Position numbers and translations under genes: made by a program. DNA of 64,000 nt, taken from the NCBI GenBank assembly GCA_040767965.1, contig JAXGNR010000006.1, positions 155,178 through 219,177 of the forward strand. The letters are read 5' to 3'. Source of the DNA: Atribacterota bacterium (GTDB taxonomy: Bacteria; Atribacterota; Phoenicimicrobiia; Phoenicimicrobiales; Stramentimicrobiaceae). Shown piece after piece: positions 58,849-64,000 of this stretch. The notes beneath the pieces were generated by a model. It was not told the origin of the DNA. It was given only the letters and a program-made list of their open reading frames with translations, and did not search any database. Each line of letters starts with the position of its first letter. Position 1 is the stretch's first letter.

Positions 58849-59925
58849 CTATATTACCCTTAAAAACATATCAAATATATATTCTGAATCATCAGGACCA
58901 GGGGAAGCTTCTGGATGAAATTGAGCTCCGAAAAAAGGCCTGGACATATGAACAATTCCCTCATTTGTCTGGTCATTCAAATTATAAAACCATTCTCTCC
59001 AATCTTGCTTTAAACTATCTGCATCAATGGCATAACCATGATTTTGAGATGTAATATAACAACGATTTGTACCAACTTCCATACAGGGTTGATTTTGGCT
59101 TCTATGTCCGTACTTCAACTTATACGTATCAGCTCCAGCTGCTAAACCCAGAATTTGACAGCCAAGACATACACCTAAAATAGGAATATTTCTTGCAAAA
59201 GTCCTTTCAATATTTTTTATAGTTTCTGTATATTTCTTAGGATCACCTGGACCATTGGATACCAATACCCCATCTATTTTTTCCTGTAAAAAATCATAAT
59301 TCCAGGGAACTCTAATGACTGTTATATCTCTTTTTAAAAAAGCTTGAATAATACTGTTTTTTGCTCCACAATCAATTATAGCAATTCTTTTTTTGCCTTT
59401 CTCATATACAATAGGTTCTTTTATACTCACTTGTTCCATTAAATCGATTTCTGCAGATTTTTTGAATTCTATATTTTCCACTTTGTCATCATAAACAATT
59501 TTCCCTAAAATAGTACCTTTACTTCTCAATTTTTTAGTTAATTTTCGGGTATCTATACCAGAAATACCCGGAATTTCATTTTCAAAAAGCCAGGTAGATA
59601 ATGATTTTTCTGCATTCCAGTGGCAATAATCTTTTGAATAATCTGTTACCACTAATCCTTGTATTTGTATTTTTTCTGATTCAAAATTTTTCAAAAGCTT
59701 ATTTTCCCTTTGCTTAGAAGGAACACCATAATTTCCGATTAAAGGAAAAGTCATAACCAATATTTGTCCACAATAAGAAGGGTCAGTTAAACTTTCTGGA
59801 TAACCAACCATTCCCGTATTAAATACTACCTCCCCAGCTGCTTCTTTACGAGCACCAAATATTTTTCCTTCAAAAACAGAATTATCTTCTAAAACCAATT
59901 TAACATTATCTGTTTTTTCACTCAT
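58849..59925 (-). CDS. carA: carbamoyl-phosphate synthase small subunit
   Basis: GEVVFNTGMVGYPESLTDPSY, SNGPGDP, GVCLG, SQNHG, QFHPEASPGP. Confidence 0.97.
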   Translation of the reverse strand: MSEKTDNVKLVLEDNSVFEGKIFGARKEAAGEVVFNTGMVGYPESLTDPSYCGQILVMTFPLIGNYGVPSKQRENKLLKNFESEKIQIQGLVVTDYSKDYCHWNAEKSLSTWLFENEIPGISGIDTRKLTKKLRSKGTILGKIVYDDKVENIEFKKSAEIDLMEQVSIKEPIVYEKGKKRIAIIDCGAKNSIIQAFLKRDITVIRVPWNYDFLQEKIDGVLVSNGPGDPKKYTETIKNIERTFARNIPILGVCLGCQILGLAAGADTYKLKYGHRSQNQPCMEVGTNRCYITSQNHGYAIDADSLKQDWREWFYNLNDQTNEGIVHMSRPFFGAQFHPEASPGPDDSEYIFDMFLRVI

Positions 59926-59950
59926 TTAAAGATCCTCCAAATGTTAAAAT

Positions 59951-60292
59951 AAAAAATCTCGTCCCTTAACCTTAAAATATCTTAAAGTTTTTAGGGACGA
60001 GATTGACAATAAACATCCTCGCGGTGCCACCCACTTTGAATATATTACTTATCATCTTATTCTGGTTGACCTCTAAAAAAAACTCGTCCTCATGGCTGTT
60101 ATATTGAGCCATCAAAGGACGAGAATTATCTCGCGGTACCACCTGAAATTGGATAAATAATTATCCCACTCATATTGGCTATTAAAGCAGACCATGCTTT
60201 CTGTTAAACGGGTTTCTTTTCAGTTATCAATAATTAAGATATTTTCACCTTGACATATCTTTCTCTTTTTAAAAAGATAACTTAATTTCCCC
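59951..60292 (-). ncRNA. T-box leader, partially double (one Stem I, two antiterminator/terminator modules), probable Arg specifier
   Basis: Minus strand: Stem I with AGAGA (60262-60266) and GGTG (60246-60249) motifs, specifier loop GAAAAGAAA (60221-60213); T-box 1 GGTGGTACCGCG (60132-60143) with terminator 60075-60123; T-box 2 GGGTGGCACCGCG (60020-60032) with terminator 59951-60004. Confidence 0.88.
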
Positions 60293-60327
60293 ACTTATTC
60301 ATACTAAAATTATTAATTTTAAAAGAT

Positions 60328-60356
60328 ATAATAAACAAATATTTAGAAGATGTCAA
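60328..60356 (-). promoter_or_regulatory. sigma70-type promoter of the T-box/car-arg operon
   Basis: Minus strand TTGACA-17 nt-TATTAT. Confidence 0.75.
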
Positions 60357-60436
60357 ATGTTTTTTATTTTTATTTATGTCATCCAAATCATAAACATAAT
60401 ATTATTTAAAATATGATACTAATTTATCTTACAAAA

Positions 60437-61231
60437 TTATTCAGAGGAAAGAAAAGATTCCAGCTTTGTTCTGATTTCACCAAAATCAATCCCATTAGAA
60501 ATGGCATAATCTCTGATTGGAATGTTTTTGTCATCAGGGAACTCTAATCCAGTTAATTCCTTAAATAAATCTTCATCAATTCCCATAGCTGACAATTCGG
60601 CAATAGTGGTTTTACCAACAATGGATATTGCTTTATCTATTAACTCTTCATCTACATTCAAATCAGTTGTTTTCTCGATGTCTAAATTACTCTGGATATT
60701 ATCAACAGTAGCTTGTGTTTCGTTTTCATCATTCTTAATCTGTATCAAATCAAAAGTATGACTCTCCCAATATTGTTTTTGTTCAGCTGTTAATTTATCT
60801 TCATTTACAAGTAAAGCTACAGCCTGCTTAGGTAAGTGGTTGGTCTCCTCAGACACATAATCAATATCAGAATAAAGAGATACAAAAACCTTAACTGTAT
60901 CTGTTTCTACTTGATACATTTCTCCTTCAATCTCCACCGGAGGATAGATTTCCTTAAGATCCTTTAATTGAAATGATTCTGGAGAAATGTCCTTCTGAAG
61001 ACTAAAAGCCTCGATGATTGCCAATGGAGGAACTTTATAATATTGTTCAATTTCGTCTAAAGAAAAAGAACCTCTAATATCAGATATATTATAAGAACCA
61101 GTATCGTCACTTAATATTCTTGGTTGTACTGTGCGACTGGTATCAAAAAATCCTAAATAGCTTGTTCCTAGTATGCCACCCCCTATAATGGTTAGAACAA
61201 TTAGCAATATATGGATATACCTTATTTTCAT
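60437..61231 (-). CDS. membrane-anchored hypothetical protein coupled to the 4Fe-4S membrane protein
   Basis: N-terminal TM helix, acidic soluble domain; ATGA overlap with the upstream gene; GGAG RBS. Confidence 0.8.
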   Translation of the reverse strand: MKIRYIHILLIVLTIIGGGILGTSYLGFFDTSRTVQPRILSDDTGSYNISDIRGSFSLDEIEQYYKVPPLAIIEAFSLQKDISPESFQLKDLKEIYPPVEIEGEMYQVETDTVKVFVSLYSDIDYVSEETNHLPKQAVALLVNEDKLTAEQKQYWESHTFDLIQIKNDENETQATVDNIQSNLDIEKTTDLNVDEELIDKAISIVGKTTIAELSAMGIDEDLFKELTGLEFPDDKNIPIRDYAISNGIDFGEIRTKLESFLSSE

Positions 61232-62096
61232 TTTTTTTCCTCCTGCAGATTATTAATATTTTTCTCGTGATGTTTTTTTAAAAATGAAAAATTCAATGTA
61301 TCTTCAACAGGGCAAGCTGCTTCATCAGTACAGAGTAAACAGGAAATACACTGATGGTTGCGAACAATTTTTTTATCTGAAATCTTAATGTTCATAGGAC
61401 AAATCAGATCACATTTCTTGCAATTAATACAGGTATCTGGATTTCTTTTTAAAGGAATAAGTCGAAATAAATTAAAAATACCTAATAATGCGCCTAATGG
61501 ACAAAGATATTTACACCATGGTCGTTCAATAAATATAGAAAAAATTAAAACTAATATTAGTACTACAAGGGCAGACCTAGTAACTTCGTCTGACCAAAAA
61601 TTAAACAATGCAAAATAAGGATCATAGTCCAAAAAAACTAAAGTAAGTTCCCTGGCAGTCAAAATTATTACTGCAATTAACACAAAATAACGAATATATC
61701 TTAGTAAATTATCAATACCAGAAGGTACAAACTTATTATAGTTTTTGGGAAATAATTTTCTTCCCAATTTTTCCAGAAACTCTTGTACGGTACCTAAAGG
61801 ACAAACCCATCCACATAAAACCGGACCCAAAAAAAGTGTCAAAAAGAGAACTAACCACATTAAAGTAAAAGAAGATTGGTGAATTTTTTTGACAAAAATC
61901 CCTTGCGTGAAATAAGTATAAGTAGTTACTACTCCTCCAAAAGGGCAAATTGCATGTAAAGAAGGTGAACCAATTAAAATTGGAGCTAATCCTTGTTCAG
62001 ATCTGAAGTGATTATAACTTATTAATATAATTAGAAATAAAAATAATAATTGAACCAGTGTCCTTAACCAATTTTTTTTATTTTTTTTGGAGGCAT
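61228..62096 (-). CDS. NapH/MauN/YccM-like 4Fe-4S binding membrane protein, frameshifted in a 5' poly-A tract
   Basis: LHAICPFGG, CGWVCPLG, WCKYLCPLG, CINCKKCDLICP, CISCLLC...CP. The frame of the 61860 ORF stays open to 62112; the RBS-preceded ATG at 62096 is off by one base across the A8-T-A8 run (62072-62088). Confidence 0.85.
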
Positions 62097-62340
62097 AATA
62101 ATCGATTCCTTTCTATTTTTAACACAAGAATATAAGGATATAATCTGATTACATCATACGCTTATTCTGAGTTATTGCATATAGAATATTTTTATTGCCT
62201 AATTTTGAAATTCCTCTAATATCAGCGATATTTTGCCATAAATAATTCAATAAAAATAATTTTACATTAGTGAAACTAAAAGGTGGGAATGTTTTTCTAA
62301 AAAAATACTGTCAGTATAACTGATAAAGTATCAATTACTA

Positions 62341-63984
62341 TTACCAGTAAATGCTAAAACCAATACCGTTAGGGATTTGCCAGTCAATTGATAGCCTTTT
62401 ATTTACTTTATATATTATTTCTTTTTTATTTTCCTTCCAATTCTTCAAATCAAAAAGATGACTCTGTATACCATAATTAAATCTTATCTTATCAAAGTCC
62501 ATCTGCAAGCGTGTATGAAGGTAAGGTTCATAATCTCTTTCTTGATATTCTAAACCAGCACCTATCCATAATCTGATTACATAGGAGCTGTAAAAATCAT
62601 ATTCTAATTTGCCATTATAGATTTCATTTTCATATTGAAGGATAACATTCCAACGATAAGCTGGAGAGAGAGACAATTCAAATCCGGGATATTGATATCC
62701 ATCTGCCAGATAACCCCAAAAGGACAATGAATTTTTTTCTCTGTCGGGCTTGTTGCCATTCAAATCAAGAGATGGTATCCGGTTGAACAAGTCATGCAGC
62801 CAAAGTGATTCTGTTTCATAAAGATGTTCCAGCTCTTTACCTTTTAGTAAAATAGGAATTAGCAGATCAGTTTTGGTTAACCCGGCATGATTGGCGGGAT
62901 AGCGTAAATTAAAAATAGGAATCTTAGGAGGGTTTATCACTATTACAATATCTCCTGCCTTCTCATTCATAAGAAGATTATATATGTTTGGAGGAACACC
63001 AGGATAATTACTTTTTTTAGTTAGAGATAACCATTCATCAGCATCAAGCCATTCTCCCTGATAGCCTACACTATAATAATCAAAAACATCTTCTCCTTCA
63101 TAAAGATATCTAATTTTATTATAGTCATTTGCCTGGAAAATTATTTTTCCATAATCTGTATAACCAATTACTTCATCATCTTTTTCTTTTAAAAAAGCAA
63201 AATCGATTTCGCTTTCCAGGGTAATCTTCTGTGCCCAATAATTTTTTTCAGCAGGATCATCTAAATATACATTAGGGTGAATATATATTTTAAGACTGTC
63301 TCTGATAATCCTTTTAATCTCTTTTTCCTGAGGATTATCAATAAATCTTCCAAAAGACATTCCATGATCACTGTAAATTATCAGATTTACTTCATCCAAA
63401 TCAAGTCTTTTAATAAGTCTACCCATATAACTGTCAAATCTTTTGTAACTGGCTAAATATGGCTTTTCGCCAAAATAGTGACCTAAAGAATCAGTGGCAA
63501 ACCAGAAAAATTGCACAACATTATAAGTATCCAGCAATTCGGGTATATTCATTAAAGGATAAAAATTAAAGAAATCCAGAAATGGTACCCCGTATATAAA
63601 ACCAGCCTTTGCCCTTCTTGGTATATGGGAAAACATGTCAAAGAAAGTGATGTGTTTTCCCATGACCTTTTCTTTCCCCCGATCATAATAACCCCATCCA
63701 ACTCCTCCGGTAGAATTATCTACACCTTTTCTTAGATGAGGTACTGTGGTTTCAGTTCCTCCAGGAAATAAGGCCAGACCATATGGAATGATATGTCCAT
63801 CTCCGTCCTGAAAAATGGCTTTTAGATTGGGGAAATGACCTTCTTCCATATATTGGAAAAAATTAGGTGAAGATAAGGCATCAAGGTGGACAATTAAAAA
63901 TTTTGGTTTTGATTCAGATAAACCAATAAAGGATATTGATAATAATAAAGATAAAATACAAACAAAAAAGCAAGAACGACTCAA
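62341..63984 (-). CDS. alkaline phosphatase superfamily (NPP/phosphodiesterase-like) protein with C-terminal beta-rich domain, possibly 5'-partial
   Basis: VHLDA, FPGGT, TDSLGH, SDHG, NHAG metal/nucleophile motifs; signal-like N-terminus; frame open to the window edge. Confidence 0.8.
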   Translation of the reverse strand: MSRSCFFVCILSLLLSISFIGLSESKPKFLIVHLDALSSPNFFQYMEEGHFPNLKAIFQDGDGHIIPYGLALFPGGTETTVPHLRKGVDNSTGGVGWGYYDRGKEKVMGKHITFFDMFSHIPRRAKAGFIYGVPFLDFFNFYPLMNIPELLDTYNVVQFFWFATDSLGHYFGEKPYLASYKRFDSYMGRLIKRLDLDEVNLIIYSDHGMSFGRFIDNPQEKEIKRIIRDSLKIYIHPNVYLDDPAEKNYWAQKITLESEIDFAFLKEKDDEVIGYTDYGKIIFQANDYNKIRYLYEGEDVFDYYSVGYQGEWLDADEWLSLTKKSNYPGVPPNIYNLLMNEKAGDIVIVINPPKIPIFNLRYPANHAGLTKTDLLIPILLKGKELEHLYETESLWLHDLFNRIPSLDLNGNKPDREKNSLSFWGYLADGYQYPGFELSLSPAYRWNVILQYENEIYNGKLEYDFYSSYVIRLWIGAGLEYQERDYEPYLHTRLQMDFDKIRFNYGIQSHLFDLKNWKENKKEIIYKVNKRLSIDWQIPNGIGFSIYW

Positions 63985-64000
63985 ATATTCTTTATTGAAA

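Noticed and set aside
136-61618. Many 60-135 aa ORFs antisense to or nested in confident genes (e.g. 136-534, 9056-9421, 20119-20460, 23574-23975, 48536-48907)
   Set aside because: Shadow ORFs of well-supported genes, with no RBS or family motifs.
61736-61948. 70-aa minus-strand ORF
   Set aside because: Alternative frame overlapping the true N-terminal part of the 4Fe-4S protein.
1-64000. rRNA, tRNA, CRISPR, defence or phage genes
   Set aside because: None recognisable by eye; intergenic regions are short and AT-rich apart from the two riboswitch leaders. tRNAscan-SE and Infernal would be needed to exclude small RNAs.

Overview
AT-rich bacterial chromosomal window from an anaerobic, probably diderm organism (TamB-like gene, beta-signal C-termini) that uses Firmicutes-style regulation (T-box, HcpR2 box). 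An Atribacterota-like lineage is a guess from overall character, not something shown by the sequence. Housekeeping blocks: hcpR/hcp, a molybdopterin/tungstopterin operon under a P3-less (Tuco-type) Moco RNA with terminator, purD-purH, glgP, an OmpR-family two-component pair, marR plus a Ca-type P-ATPase, and carA-carB-argC-argJ-argB-argD-argG-argH (no argF) under a partially double T-box. The most notable region is 32.7-47.8 kb: poly-gamma-glutamate genes pgsB/pgsC/pgsW without pgsA, next to an AAE-family exchanger, a membrane-anchored M14-like hydrolase, an unannotated 48-aa membrane protein, a DctM-like permease, a DUF6305-like exported protein (duplicated in a ~711-bp direct repeat) and three exported gamma-glutamyltransferase paralogs with non-canonical substrate-binding motifs and mosaic blocks of near identity. 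I propose it as a candidate gamma-glutamyl polymer synthesis/depolymerisation/uptake system. Several single-base indels (repeat copy 2, ggt2 3' end, ggt3, 4Fe-4S gene) look like residual sequencing errors. No rRNA, tRNA, CRISPR array or transposase was seen. Family assignments are from motif recognition by eye; no searches were run.
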